Below are positions 26,201 through 39,289 of a DNA stretch of 64,000 bases, piece by piece; position 1 is the first letter of the stretch, and every line of letters starts with the position of its first letter. The DNA lies in NCBI GenBank assembly GCA_002633005.1, contig NMRA01000458.1:62001-126000 (forward strand). The letters run 5' to 3'. The notes beneath the pieces were generated by a model that worked only from the letters and a program-made list of their open reading frames with translations, was not told the DNA's origin and did not search any database. Origin of the DNA: Phoronis australis (Eukaryota > Animalia > Phoronida). A program made the translations under genes and the position numbers.

Positions 26201-28019
26201 GATACCAAAAAGAAAATGACGTGACAGACGGCCACTGTAATCCTCACTTCTAGTCCAGGCCAAAAGGCGGCGAGATGTGCGCCGAGATATGTAACGCGTT
26301 ATGTTGGAGGTAAATGTTTTCTTATGGTACAACAATAGGCCCATAAGTCGAAATTAAACGGCTTGAATTTAATTTTAGTTAATTTACTGCGGCTATGTGT
26401 CAGTAATGAGCGGGAAAATTACCAGCCACAACAAAATATTGATGAAAAATACTTGAAATGGCGAATCCTGTGACTTGAACCTCTTAATAGTCACATGTTG
26501 TGATTTATTAAACGTTTGAATACTTTCATGTATCCTATTATTGCTATTTTTATTCTCAATTCCCATGTCAACCAGCTCAAAAAGGAATAGCGGTATACCT
26601 GTTGGTGTTTCATTTGAATATTTTTGTTTGATAACTAAGTGTTAACTTTATGTTAGAACAACTTCGAGTCAAATTTCCAATTTATAAACAGCTATTTCAT
26701 ACTTAAAATTTAACGAATTATTTCTTGTTTCCATAAAAGACTGTTGTACAATTGAAATTAATTTGAATGACGTAAATGATATTACAAAAGTCACAAACAG
26801 AAACGAATGTTTAAAGTAGACGATATCTCAAACAATCCTCAATTCATTGGTTACCACGGAAACTGAGGACCGATGAAATCGTAGGAAGAATCCCAACCTG
26901 CCGTGAAACATTAAAACGTGTATAACTTCGCAATTAAATTGCTAAAGATTAAGGTTTTGTTTTCTTATTGCGGACTATTGACCGCTTACATTATGTGATT
27001 CATGACAAACTTCATGTAACATCTCTCCAGGCATTTGTTGTCGCAATTATAAATATTGGTGAGAGTAATAAATGGACGGTTTTGTAAGAAAATCTATCAT
27101 AACTTTAAATACAAAATAAAAGCAGCACATACCATAATCCAACGTTATTACATGCACACAAATATAAACTATGGCTGTGTTTTGAAATTGCAAGGGTGAA
27201 AACAGGCTTTGGTAGACGCTCAATAGTTATGGGTGGGTTTATTGGGCAACCAGCTTCACGTTCACGCATTGTAAACATTTATAAACTCCCCGTCACAATG
27301 CAGAGAAAAGCCATTTCTTAAATTTATGTAACGAAGGTATTGTATGCAGTCAATGAGAACTACTTCATATAAAATTTAGCAGCCCAGTCAATTAATTTAT
27401 AGCACCACATGCGGTGATAGCGAGAGTTGGGACTGCGCCGCCGATTCCCCGTCCGCTTCGAGACTGCAGCAGTCACTGACTCTGGGATTCAAAATGATAT
27501 TTGATCCTAGGTTGGTGCGATTGTTTATTGAAGAAACTTGGTGACTATGAAAAGGTAAAGTGAAGATGATTTATCACTGATGTTGAATGTAAAACATCTT
27601 AAAGACGTAGTGATCTCGTTCATTTGAGATCGAACCCAATTTTGTAGTGCTTCAAAGTCACAAGCGCTCTTGGTCGCTGAATGTTTCACTGCTTTTAATC
27701 ATAACAACTGATGTATTTGTTACAGGACGAATTCCACCAGTTATTTTAATTTGTTTTCCAACAGCACCCATAAACGAACAAAAGATATTTTAATAGCAAT
27801 AGCAGCCACGAAGAATAGGTAGAACTGCGCAACACGATTTTTTACTATTTATACTGCCAGCAGGTTGGAGAAGCAACCTAGTGGCCGCACCAGGCTCATA
27901 ACTACTCCCCCCCAATCAGCTGCGAAGCATGCTACAGAATTAAGGTCCGGACTTCGATCTTGCTCTCCGCAGACGACATCAGAATCTGATCATTGGACTA
28001 GTGACGGATGCGGCGTGTA

Positions 28020-29130
28020 ATCTTGGGTATGATGCCATCTGCAAAACCTCGGGTGTTTTTGCAGCCTCAAATTATCCCTCGGAGTATCCGGAACACCTCG
28101 GGTATTTTATTTTCTTAGGCTCAAATTCCCCTTCAGAAGTGTTTCTTATATGCGGGTGTGCACAAGTCATGTGGCTCTAAATCAGGAATAAGCAGAGATA
28201 TTTGTGTGATACCAGGTTTAAAGGAAGATCCACAAATTAGTATCATTGCAGAATGGAACCACTATACCTCTGCAAAAGCCACCAGACGCACTGCCGCTGA
28301 ACTAAATCCAACAGCAGGGCTATTTAAAAGATGACTGTAATAAAAATAATGCAGCAGTTAACTAATCCTAACATATAAATAAAACTCACATTTCCCTGAG
28401 TTGCGCGCCAAACAAAAGCTGATTCATATTTATTGTAAAAACACCGTAATCCTGACGGCGATCGCTGATTGGCTGATATGTCAGTGACCTGTTGATGGGG
28501 CATCGACTGCTTATCACATATTGCTGTGCCAAACTCTGACATTGAGCTGAAAGAATTTACATCACATTTTATCATTGTATCACGGGTTCTCGCTTTTTAC
28601 TATTTGCCATAGTGTTGTTAAAGGTTTGCCATGCTTTTTTGCATGACACCTGGTTGTTCAAACTCTTCGAAAAGGTGTCTTCTAAGGAGAAGGAGGGCAC
28701 CATATAGCCTACCATCGGTTGCTCTAGCCTTGCTGCAAAGCTATATCCCACACCTTTGCACCGATGTGTGTAAAAATTGGACAAATAAAATCTGACATGA
28801 AATTAGTTTCATTATAAACTACACTCTTTCATGAGTAGCCTAACTTATTTACCGATGGTGGATTAAAAATTGGCGTTCTGCCGTTATTCTGCTGATTTGG
28901 CGATTGCGTCATCAGCTGACCTGATCAGTTTCTTTTTCCCCGATTCTTCTATCAACTGTTCTTCGCTGACACTAGGTTGCGTACTTGTCACAACACATTA
29001 TCGGAATGAATTCATGATTTCGTTACAACCTTTTAGAATTACAATGCCACAGATCAAATATTGCTGCTGCAGAACTCTCATATCTCCCAAAAGATGTCGC
29101 AAAAATTTAGGAAATGGCGCGTGCGGTGGC
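28020..29130 (-). pseudogene. Decayed spliced gene, death-fold (DED/DD)-like, copy A
   Basis: Homologous to 61495-62080. Shares GCGCCATTTCCTAAATTTTTG and a 61-nt intron (28792-28852). Fragments FPKFLRHLL, EEQLIEE, FTHIGAKV, FAARL, PHDLCTPAYK; stops and frameshifts throughout. Confidence 0.5.
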
Positions 29131-29439
29131 GACGAGTGGGTATTACTTTGTGTTGCTTCGGGCTGAAACAGGTCACACTGGCGACCCGAAATTTCACATT
29201 AAAATTTCTTATTTTAACAGTGAACAACACCACCTGACTGCACGCTAAAATATGACGCTGACTTTTGCTTCACCAATTACGTCACGAGAAGCAGCGCTCC
29301 AAGGGGGTGTATACTGAACTAATTGAACCAATTTATTTGAGTTTCGTTACAAAATATACGTTTACGTTTTGCTGCTGATGGTGAAATTAATCAGCATCTC
29401 ATAGAAAAATATACAAAACTTATTCAGCATAAAATACGG

Positions 29440-29760
29440 TTTCCTTTTAAGACACCAGTCTAGATTTCAGCCAATGCCTGGCAGACAGCGGTGAGAATTG
29501 GCGATTTGTAATAAAACCACACCAAAATACAGTAGCTTTTGTTTTGTAGCTGTAGTCAAAGCGAATAACTTCAAAGAGCCTGTTCCACCCAACAGTAACC
29601 CCAAAATGCGTTTTCCGGTCGTAGAAATGTTAATGCCTCTTAAAAGAAGAGTAAACGGTACCTCGAGAGACAGGCTCATGGTTCGTGAGTGCTGACGTGG
29701 TTTTAAACTGTCTTTTGGCTAAATACCTTGGCTGTTATAAACGACTTGCTCACGCGCAGA
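29440..29760 (-). mobile_element. CRE-clade non-LTR retrotransposon RT fragment
   Basis: GINISTTGKRILGLLLG...LQIANSH..PGI resembles the ITTEGKRHLGAxIG...IAKSQP region of CRE-type RTs (from memory, not searched). Confidence 0.4.
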
Positions 29761-31938
29761 TATGAAACCTCTCCCAGGGGAACTTTGATGGTTTGAAAAT
29801 ATCAGAGCTCTTCAGAAATAACAAAATATATGACTCTACTAAAATTCAAGAAATTCACGCACGTAGTCAAAACAAACGCCTTTTGAAAGTCCCATCAATG
29901 ATGCTTTGGTATTAATTAAGAAATTTAAGAGACGTCGTCACACACGTTACCGGGCATTTGACCCGCTTTAATGATTCATGAGAATTGTAACACATCATAA
30001 CATAATATTCAACCACCGTTGCCATAAAGATTTTATTTATACCCGCCTTACATTCTGGCTAAATCGCCATTAATGTGAACGGTCACAATCGTCATTCTTG
30101 CTGGAGCTTTGCTGGAAGTTACCCCAAAACTACCAGCGTTTTCGCTAGTACTTTTGCAGCCAAATTGCTGACTTTGGAGAACACACGCGCCGGTTTAAGG
30201 TGCCTTTGTTCTATCGTTACGTCATCAATTTTCACTTAAAAGTTACTTGGGTGGTGCCAAAACAACCTTACTGCCGGAGAAAATTACTCCTTCGCGGACA
30301 TCTCGTCTGTCTACCCAAAATACAAGCGTTTTCGTAAGTCTTTTAGCCAATGGAAATGCTAAAGTTTTCGTCACTTTCCGCTTTAAATGTAGCATGAATG
30401 TCTTCCCTTACACAAATAAGATATGGTTTCTTGATTTGGAAGAAACTGGCGCATAAAATGACCTCCCGTGAACAAAACAACTTTAGTATTGAGCCTTGCC
30501 TGCCTTCCGTAGACTCATTCGAGCATAAAGCTAATGTGAGAATGTGCTTCGCTTGTAATGCACGGCAATAACTCGAAAGGTCATGAGTAATCTTGCTTAA
30601 AAGCGACTTTTTATGTCCTTATATGGACAAGCGTCGTGCGCCATGTGTCATGAAAATCGACTTTTAAGACTCAAAAAATTTATCCCCGTTACATTCACCA
30701 ATTTAGATTTTTGTCCGCCAGAAGATGCTACTCTGACTAAAATAAAAACATTTTGTAACTTTCAGCCGTGTTTGTGTTTTTGTTACAAACTATTAAGTTT
30801 TCAGTTCAAAGTGGGAGTGGCTTTCTAAAAATTGTATTAAATTTAGTTAAGTTTGAAAATATTTAGAGTTCTGTTGAATGGACAGTACTTGGCCTTTTAA
30901 AGTTTCGACTGAACTAAAATAAAGCAGAAAGATTATACTTAAATCAAAAACTTGGTCTTGTGATCCACAACCACATACTGATTAAATCTCACCTTAGTAA
31001 AAATACAAAGTCTTTGAGAATATATGAATTACTTCTAGTCACTGAGATAGTTATTTTGCATAAATTAGTTCAAGATTCTAATGTGCTTATAACAACAATG
31101 ATAAACCTTTATTTAGTAACTGTGAAGTGTGTAAGACCAAGATTCTACCTTGAGTATTAAGTTGCTCTTCATGAAATAAAACCCTGCTGTCAAGCAATAA
31201 CGACCTTTCATTCCTCGCAATTGAGCTGTGTTGAAAATCATTGAGCACTCGGGCCTTCGAAACCATACATTTTCTTTTTCTGTGCAGTAGACATAGACTT
31301 GGCGTCAGCGGAACTCTGTTTCCAGAGAAAAACAGGACATTTCGGTTGACGAAATGGTCATTTATTATGACGTAACAAAGGAAATAATACAAAAAATGTA
31401 CATTGCAAGCAAAAACCGCCTATGATGCCTTGTTGGAGCTTTGCATTCACTTTGTGGTTTATATTTTAAGTGGCATCAGAATCCGGATGATATTAAAATC
31501 CTTTAAAGACTTCACCAAAGCTGTTTAAAAGGAATTAACACAGCTTTACCGTAGCAGCGGTCAATATGAAGATAGCATATATGTCTTGTCACCGAATATA
31601 CATGTAAGAGTACAATGCGGATCAACAGATGGTCAGTACCTACGGCTACGGTGCCATGTTTGAATCGGTCGGATATCAATGAATGAATCTTGACTTAATC
31701 ATGTTCTGGCGTAATCTACTGCAGTCACGACAGTCAAACAAGGTATGTTGAAATGTGCAGTGCTCCAACAATGCTCCAAAATAGGTTGTACGAATAATGC
31801 CATCCGATAATATCCATCAAGACAACATGATAGGTCCATGTGCCACTTCGGGCGATCCTTAAATGTTTCAGTTCACAAATGCTAATTTTCTTGATTTCAG
31901 TATTGGTAATAAATGAAAGACCTTCCCAGCAACACGAT

Positions 31939-34900
31939 ATGACGTCGGCCATGGACAAGTTGAAAGTTCATGGCGTGAGCCCTTTACCCAGCAAGCACTC
32001 GCTGGCACAGGCAAGTCACTTGACGTCAAAAAGAGGCAACGAAACGTACACCAGTCAGCGTATAAAAGAACAAATAACTAAACTGCTTGACGATGAAATG
32101 GCAAAAGGGACGTATAATCTGCAGGTAAGATATATAAGCACAGAAAACAACGTGGAGGGGTGACTGTGTTTCCAAAGAAACGTGTTCTGATATACCAAAC
32201 CTTGTAAACGAAAATTTTTATCTCATGAATTGAGCGAGACATTTTTCTGCATATCAACCTCGACCTTCGGCCTCGGTAGACACGCGGAATAATGTCTGGT
32301 GAAATATTATTTGATCTACATGTACGCCACTTTTGTTCCTTTTGTGCATAATATCCCATTACGCATGACGAACTACTTGTTTGGTCGGCTTCAAAATCAT
32401 TCAAATTTTGCCACATTTTCATAAGGCTGTTCGATTTAGAAAAAATAGGAAAAAGTAATCGTCAAGTTGCTTCTAATAAAATTGAGTAAGTTTTTTCGTT
32501 TACTGGTGCGCTACATTGTTGCTCCTAACTCACGCGGCGGACATTAAAATCCAAAGCGAGCCTCACTGCGATAAACAAAACGGAAGTTGACATTGCGTGA
32601 GATAAATGGCCGGTCTTTCGAAGCCAACCTGGATATTAAATCTTAAAAATGTGTCGATAATTAACTACAGAGACGTAGAAAAATACGTTAGAGAACACTA
32701 AGTCAATGAACCAAAGAGTTGTCTGAAGAAAGGGTATATTTTTTCGGAAAACTTGGTTCGAATCATAAAAAGTAAATATGACCAAATCGCGGAGATCGCA
32801 GTGTTACGGACTAGGTATTATGGTGAATGCAAGGTTACTTTTCTTCTTGTAAATTGTTGATAATGCTTTCTACACGAACGAGGTCATCTGCTCGTATTGT
32901 TGACGAGTTGAAGATATATTCGATAGTGGTGGCTCATCGCATTTTGCTGTTGTGTGTAATTAGTCACATCTGGTTTAATTTGTTGATCAGAAGTATTAAC
33001 ATCAAGCACAGCCTAGGTCCAGGTGAGGTAGGGACTACCGGGACTAACAGTTGATTTGTCATTGATCTGAAAGAATAATTGATGTTATTAAATATTTTTT
33101 AAATAAATAACTAGGCTGGTAATTGAAAATAAAAATTATTAGACCATCAATTCTGCTTTCTTGGTTTTAATAATTCGTACATTTATTTTATGTGTTAGGT
33201 TTCAAATATCAACGTGGACCAAGTTGAATTTTACAATTAAAACATCTAATTCGTTCGTCGAAGGCATAATCTCGTTTTAGAGCTCAATTTCAGTTAACTG
33301 GACAGAGCAAGCATAGTTATGTTTCTTCAGAGGCCTCGTTCATCCAAGGGGAAAGGTGCCTATGCCTTCTGAGAGGGGAGTCTTTTCGCCGAGTGAGAGG
33401 AAAAATCTACCTCCCGATCACCATCAATAGCATCCCTACACTGTTGCAAGTTCTCATAGGCTCTGTTTCAATTAGCATTTTGTGCTCTTTCTAATTGTCA
33501 CCTGTGTGGTTAGGTGATTTGAAGGGAAATTTTCAATTACTATTGGAACTTTTAGGCCTCGTGAGGGGAATTTAGTGTGATGTTTGAATATTTTTGAGAG
33601 GCCAATAGGGACGAAATTCGGCCACATAATCGAGGGCTTGAGGGCTCTGTCCTTTTTTGGAAAGAAAAAATGCATCATATTTCAACTTGTAGTCATGAAA
33701 ATACAGCCTGGCTGGCCGTAGATTCTCCGGTTGTTGCTATGATGCTCGGCAACCGAGATACGATAAAATATGATATAATTTTTGGAAAACATTTATAAAT
33801 TTTACACGGACATATTTTCCTTCATCGCGGCGTATGACAACGACCAAACGCTTCCGAATCTCAACATCCTTAGGAATTGTAAAACAGGCAGTTGAATGTC
33901 CGTGTTTTTTCTAGTCGTTCGAGCAACGCGGAATACAACTATGCCGATAAGCCAACAGAGCTATCGTAGCGTGCCTCGTTTTGGAACGCGCCTCCTGTCG
34001 GCGTCAATTAGGTCTGTAGGACAATTAACAACTTCCATTTTCAAACTCTTTCCTTTCTTTCCCGCCTATATTATAGCAAGATTCATAATTTCATGACTTT
34101 AGAGTAGCCTTGCTATAAAATACACTTCTCAAATCCTGACGTTGCGGGGCTAGGTTGATGACTGTCTGGTCCCTGCAAAATGTCGTCGTCCTCTGCCGGT
34201 GTTTGTCGATAACAACTGCAAGGCCCTGGATCATGAATCAGAAAATTCAAATCTAACGCCTCCGTGTCTATTCAGAGAGGGGTTCTTGGCTTTAATACAG
34301 AGAGCAGAGAAAGTTCTTGGTTTGAACGTGATGTCAGAGAGGCTGCATGAGGCATTTGAGGTCTTGTTACCCAACGCCTAAACAAGCTAAAGCCCGATTA
34401 TGACTAACCCGTTTTAATCGATTCAAAATTAATACACTGATACGCCGTAAAATGTAACAATTTCGTAAAATGTAACAACGGTTACATTTTAAGTTATTGT
34501 TACATTTTATATAATTGATACAATTTACGGCGAATGCACATGCGGGAAATGTACCATTGTTACGTCCTATTTCATGAGTTTGCATGGTATTTGTCACAAG
34601 GAGGAGAACGGTTCACACACTTAAAGCCTTCTTTCTCCGATTGTTTGAATGAAATTCTATCAAACGTGGCAGTTCGAAATTATAGGTGTGTCCCAATGTG
34701 CTTTCAATTGTTTTTTAACACGAGTAGTTTCTTGGTCTGTCAAAATTGTACATCGCACAGTTTCAACTCCAGACGAAAGGAGTTTCCAGGATCAGGTAAC
34801 AAGTTTTTTCTGCAATCATTTGTTGGCGCTCGCAGGTCATAAACCAATTGTGTACACAGCATTACAGTAAACACAACGACATCATATTTGGCTAATATTT

Positions 34901-37900
34901 ATCGTATTTCTTCGCGAATAAACAACAACAAAAATTTCACGGAGAAGTGAATTTCGGAAGCCAATTTGATAGAAAAAACGCACCCTTTAGTCCATGATAG
35001 TTTGGTTTATTTCAGCTAGTGTTTTATCGTCGTTAATGCAGTAATTGCCCTGTTCCGTACAAAAAAGCAAGACCCAAGTTTCTGATGCCGACAGGTTTTG
35101 TCTACAACCTTAGTTACGAATGGAAATTTCTTAAAGACACTCTGGTGGAATAATTTAAAAGGACGCATTTATTTGCCGGCAGGTTGACAGATTTTGCTTG
35201 TGCAACAGCAAAAGATCACCATTGAGAAGAGTGAAACATTAGTTTAAAAAGTGGCGGCAAAGTAACGTGTTATAGTTTAAAAGCTGAAAGAAATATGATG
35301 TCAAACCTGTCTGAAATTCTGGTGGAAACAACAAGTCAAACTGTGATGCGTATACGTAGCAATGGGAGGTCCAGCTGGGAAAATAGAAAATATTTTGGCA
35401 CTTTGAAAGTGCATGATCATTGTGCTCAAACCGGGTCTAGGTCGATAGTTTAAAGAGGCAATAGTCCAAAAAAGCTGACTGTCGGCCTTTCGGGCTACAC
35501 AAACATGTACCTTCTCTTTCAATTATCTTTTAAGATAAAATATTAATTAAAATTGCTACTTGGTCAATGTTCGTTAGCTCGAATCACATAAAAATAATGA
35601 CAAAGATTGGACATTCTAACACTGATTAATGGACGCGAAGCCACGTGTCTCATGAGGCGCCATTTTTGTGTTGCAACTCGCTGTCAACGACACGCGTCAT
35701 TGTAGGCAGATAAGGGAATTAGGTATATTAAACCTTTTGATACATGGCATAAAAAGCGGATATTAAACATCGCTGACTTCGACGTTAGCAGTTTTTGTTC
35801 CATGCAATCCAGTTTCCTTGAAACCTGGTTCAAATCACTCAGTTGAATCACTGTGTTTTTCTAAGAATATTGGGGTCCGTGCCACATAAAATTGTTGCGT
35901 GTTTTGTATATCCGTTACCAACTATTCTAATGACCCGGTGACCGCAGCCATAGCCTACTATTCGCTAGTTCTCGAAAAATTTCTGCCTCCAGAGTTCAAC
36001 TTAACACAATTTTGAACTTACACATCATCGTGGAACGAGCCCTAGTCCTTTGAAAAGGAATGTTTTCAACAAGTGAAAAAAGTGATTAAGCGGTGGGTAT
36101 TCTCACGTTTAGATTAAGTCGCAAGTAAAAAACTGCGGTCTGAATTCAGCTCTTCGTGGCAAACTACAGAAGGATATAGTTATATTTACAAACAATACCG
36201 TACTTGCCGATAGTTCAGAAATAATCTGAAGTTGGCGCACGTCTAAACAAGATTTTAAATATCAACTTCCTCGTTTCTAAAATGTAGGCATACTCTGCAT
36301 CCACAGCTGTCAAGCCTTTCTCACAATATCATGAAGGCTGAACACAGGAACCTTTTAAAATCCTTTTGAAACAGCACTCGCTGTCCATTACGGGAAGCCC
36401 GGTGAAAAAATTGAACCATAAATGAGATGATTTTAAAGTCTCTGAGGATGATGATGTATTAGCACTTTGGTAAACATGTATTGTGTATATTGCACTGTGT
36501 CCTCAGTAACTAACTTAAATAATAAAAATAATAACAATAATAACAATAATAATAATAAAGATAACGAGTCGTAGTAGTGACAATGGTAGAAGTAGTAACA
36601 GCGGTAATAGTAGTAATAGTTGTAATAGTAGAAATAGTAATGTTATACTAATAAAAATGATAATGGATAGCCAAATTGCTGCAGTGTCAGCCCTGATGGC
36701 ATTCTTATAGAAGAGGTATACGAAAAGTGCCACCCAAAAGCATGTTTTTTTTTCACAGCAAAAAAACTTCCAAAAATGGTGCGATTTTCGACAAAGTACT
36801 ATCTAAAAGTGTGCCCTTTTCTGAATTTCTGGAACAGAACTGTGCGAAATTGTGAATTTTTACACAAAATTAGTCTCTGAATTGGTCACTTTTTGTCCAA
36901 GCCCACTCTCTGAACGGGTAGGTATCCGTATTTTTCGGGCTTCACCCCTCGTCCAAAAATACTCCAGTACCCCCTGGTCGTGTCAGATACCATTTGTCCG
37001 TGATTTTGGTCATTTTCTTTGTAATGTGACGTTGGTTTCGTAAAATGGGACATTTCTCGCATGTGCATTCGACGTAAAATGTAGCAACTTGTTACATTAT
37101 AGGAAAGGCTTAGCAACGTAAAGTGTAACAATGACGTAGTTCTTGCATTTTACGAAATTGTTACATTTTACGGCGTATCAATGCACGTTGGATTGTGACC
37201 GCAATTGTCTCATCCAATACACATTCGGTCGAATAGCGACTCGCTTACTTCAACATTTGACGGCTCCATCAAGCCGTTGCCAAGGAATTCGCTGGATGCT
37301 TTGCGGTGAACAGTGCATGCTTTCTCGTCTACTTGCGTGCAAATCCTGTTAGCGTTAAGAGTTGGCTAATGTGTTAAATCAAGTCCAGTAGTTATGCATT
37401 ATAAATTTTTTGCATCTTTTTATTCACCTGCATGAATGATAATCTCCATCGTCTAATGTAAGTATAATTTAGTCTCAACTACTACTATGTTACAGGCCAC
37501 CAAAGCCCCTCCTGTGGTGCACAAGATGGCGTTCCTGGCCAAGCTGCGAAGCGTCAATTCTGACCTCACCCCAGTTGACACAGGAGGCCTTGATTCGAGC
37601 GACGGCAACAAATTCGTTTTACACGGAAGACGAGTCCAACAGACAGATGATTCGACGTTTGGCAAAAAACAGGAGGTGAACAGAGATCTTCTTGGAAAAT
37701 CGCTTGACAGCAAATCCTTGAAATCCTTGCGTAGTTCAGGAGAGAAAGACGTTGAGGAAAGTTACAGTGTTTCATCCCTGCCAACACTAAATGCCAGTAC
37801 AGCAGCAGGATTCTCCAGGAGTCTTCAGTCATGGGGCCCACATAGTGTAACATCCAAAGGGCAAGATCCTTGTGAACTGGAAATTTTACAAGCTCCCCTC

Positions 37901-38599
37901 TTGGCCAGTGAACATTTGAACAGTGAAGATTATAACTTCGGGGATCTATACAACCCAAATTTCGTAAACGCTTGGGAAGAACCCGAATTCTATTACGGTA
38001 GGACAAAACCAAAAAGAGGAAACAAACGCAGGTCAAAAACAGAAACTCCCAATGCGGCAGATCTGGAGACTTGTTTGAGTATTACTAGATCTTCTCACCA
38101 ATCAAAAGCAGGAGAGGAATCTACCAAGCTGAAACATAGCACTCAGTACATGTTGCGACCTCTTTCGCAAACATCATTAACAAACTCTATCACACCTCGA
38201 AGAGAAACTCCAGAACTGAAACCAAGCAACTACTATTTTGGATCTGTAGAAAGCTATTTAAACTTCAGAAACAGACAGAGGATACAATTTAGAAAGACAG
38301 ACCACGAACCACCGAGTTTGAACGGATCGTCTCTCCAGAGACACGTAGGCAGGACAAGTTATTCTGACACGAGCGTACTTCGGCTATTATCAGACAAGAA
38401 TAAGGCGAAATCGCCAAAAAAGAGCAGCGTTTTGTACTCAGAAGTAGTTTTGCCACATTCCGGAAGTGGGTCGACGAAAATTGCTGAAGTGAACGTTGTC
38501 GGAAGACAAAGACACGCTAGTTATCCGAACTTAAAGCGAGAGTTTGATGACGAACAAGTGTATGAAAGTGACGAAGAGCCTTGGCCAGGCGCCACATGA
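31939..38599 (+). CDS. Uncharacterised two-exon protein, about 429 aa; exons 31939-32124 and 37496-38599
   Basis: Exon 1 MTSAMDKL...GTYNLQ ends at a phase-0 donor CAG|GTAAGA. The 370-aa ORF carries a phase-0 acceptor TTACAG|GCC at 37496. Ser-rich, probably disordered; no recognised domain. Confidence 0.7.
32424..33010 (+). mobile_element. DNA transposon remnant, SWIM/YqaJ accessory ORF-like (ISL2EU/Kolobok type)
   Basis: From 32606: MAGLSKPTWILNLKNVSIINYRDVEKYVREH*..KSCLKKGYIF..ENLV, resembling the N-terminus of SWIM-YqaJ proteins; decayed. Confidence 0.35.
34438..37180. mobile_element. 2.7-kb TIR element with long TIRs and an imperfect 6-bp TSD
   Basis: TGATACGCCGTAAAATGTAACAATTTCGTAAAATG at 34438 and its reverse complement ending at 37180; inner gaatgcacatgcg is also inverted; flanks ATACAC/ATGCAC. 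Confidence 0.75.
36516..36665. repeat. Degenerate (AAT/AGT)n microsatellite
   Basis: aataataaaaataataacaataataac...agtagtaatagt. Confidence 0.85.
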
Positions 38600-39289
38600 T
38601 GACGGTGCCAAACCGCGTTGCTGCAGCTTCTACATAAAAGTAATCAGTGCTACTGGGGGTGGTACTTTTTGCCAACTGATACGATACGTGTATAAGCAAA
38701 TCTGCTATATTGCTCAATTTTGAACGAAAGTGGCCTTCACTGCTGTTTTTATGCTTCGCAAAGTGCTTAAATGTGACTACAGGATATGAAGTGGATAGAG
38801 ATATATGATAGGAAATTGCAAATCCTAATTTAAGTCATTCATGCAGTTATAAGACTGAGGCAATACCATGCCGTTCAGATTGCCAAAAACACCGTTTTTA
38901 CGTAGAAAGTTTGTTATATTTTATACTATTAATACTATTAATATATGTTGTGCATGGATGTGCAAGTCTGCTTGTACTGAATTGGTTTCTCTAAGTACAG
39001 CAAATATCATACCTTTGTCAGAAGGGGAATATGTCTCTCAGCACCGTTTTATCAAAGGTCACACTCCTCGTCTCAGCAATGATCAGATGTCAGCATTTTG
39101 AATTCTTCCAATTTAACGGTTAAAACTTCCCATTAAAGTGGTAATGGTTGAATATTTTTCGACGGTACACGTTTCTGGTATCCGCAAAAATTTTCTTACT
39201 ATAAAAAACGCATCGTGTTCGGAATAGCGTGCCAAGGGAATTGTTTGCTACAACATGAAAATGGGAAATTTGATGAAATGGGCCCCGAA

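Noticed and set aside
31939-32124. First exon of a second Tctex1 gene
   Set aside because: The resemblance is superficial (IKEQITKLLDDEM). No RYK/SRCLW exon was found downstream, and the exon splices in phase to the 37496 exon.
36515-36733. Hydrophobic 72-aa membrane-like ORF
   Set aside because: Translation of the AAT/AGT microsatellite.
37566-38036. 156-aa minus-strand ORF
   Set aside because: Antisense shadow of the 37496-38599 coding exon.
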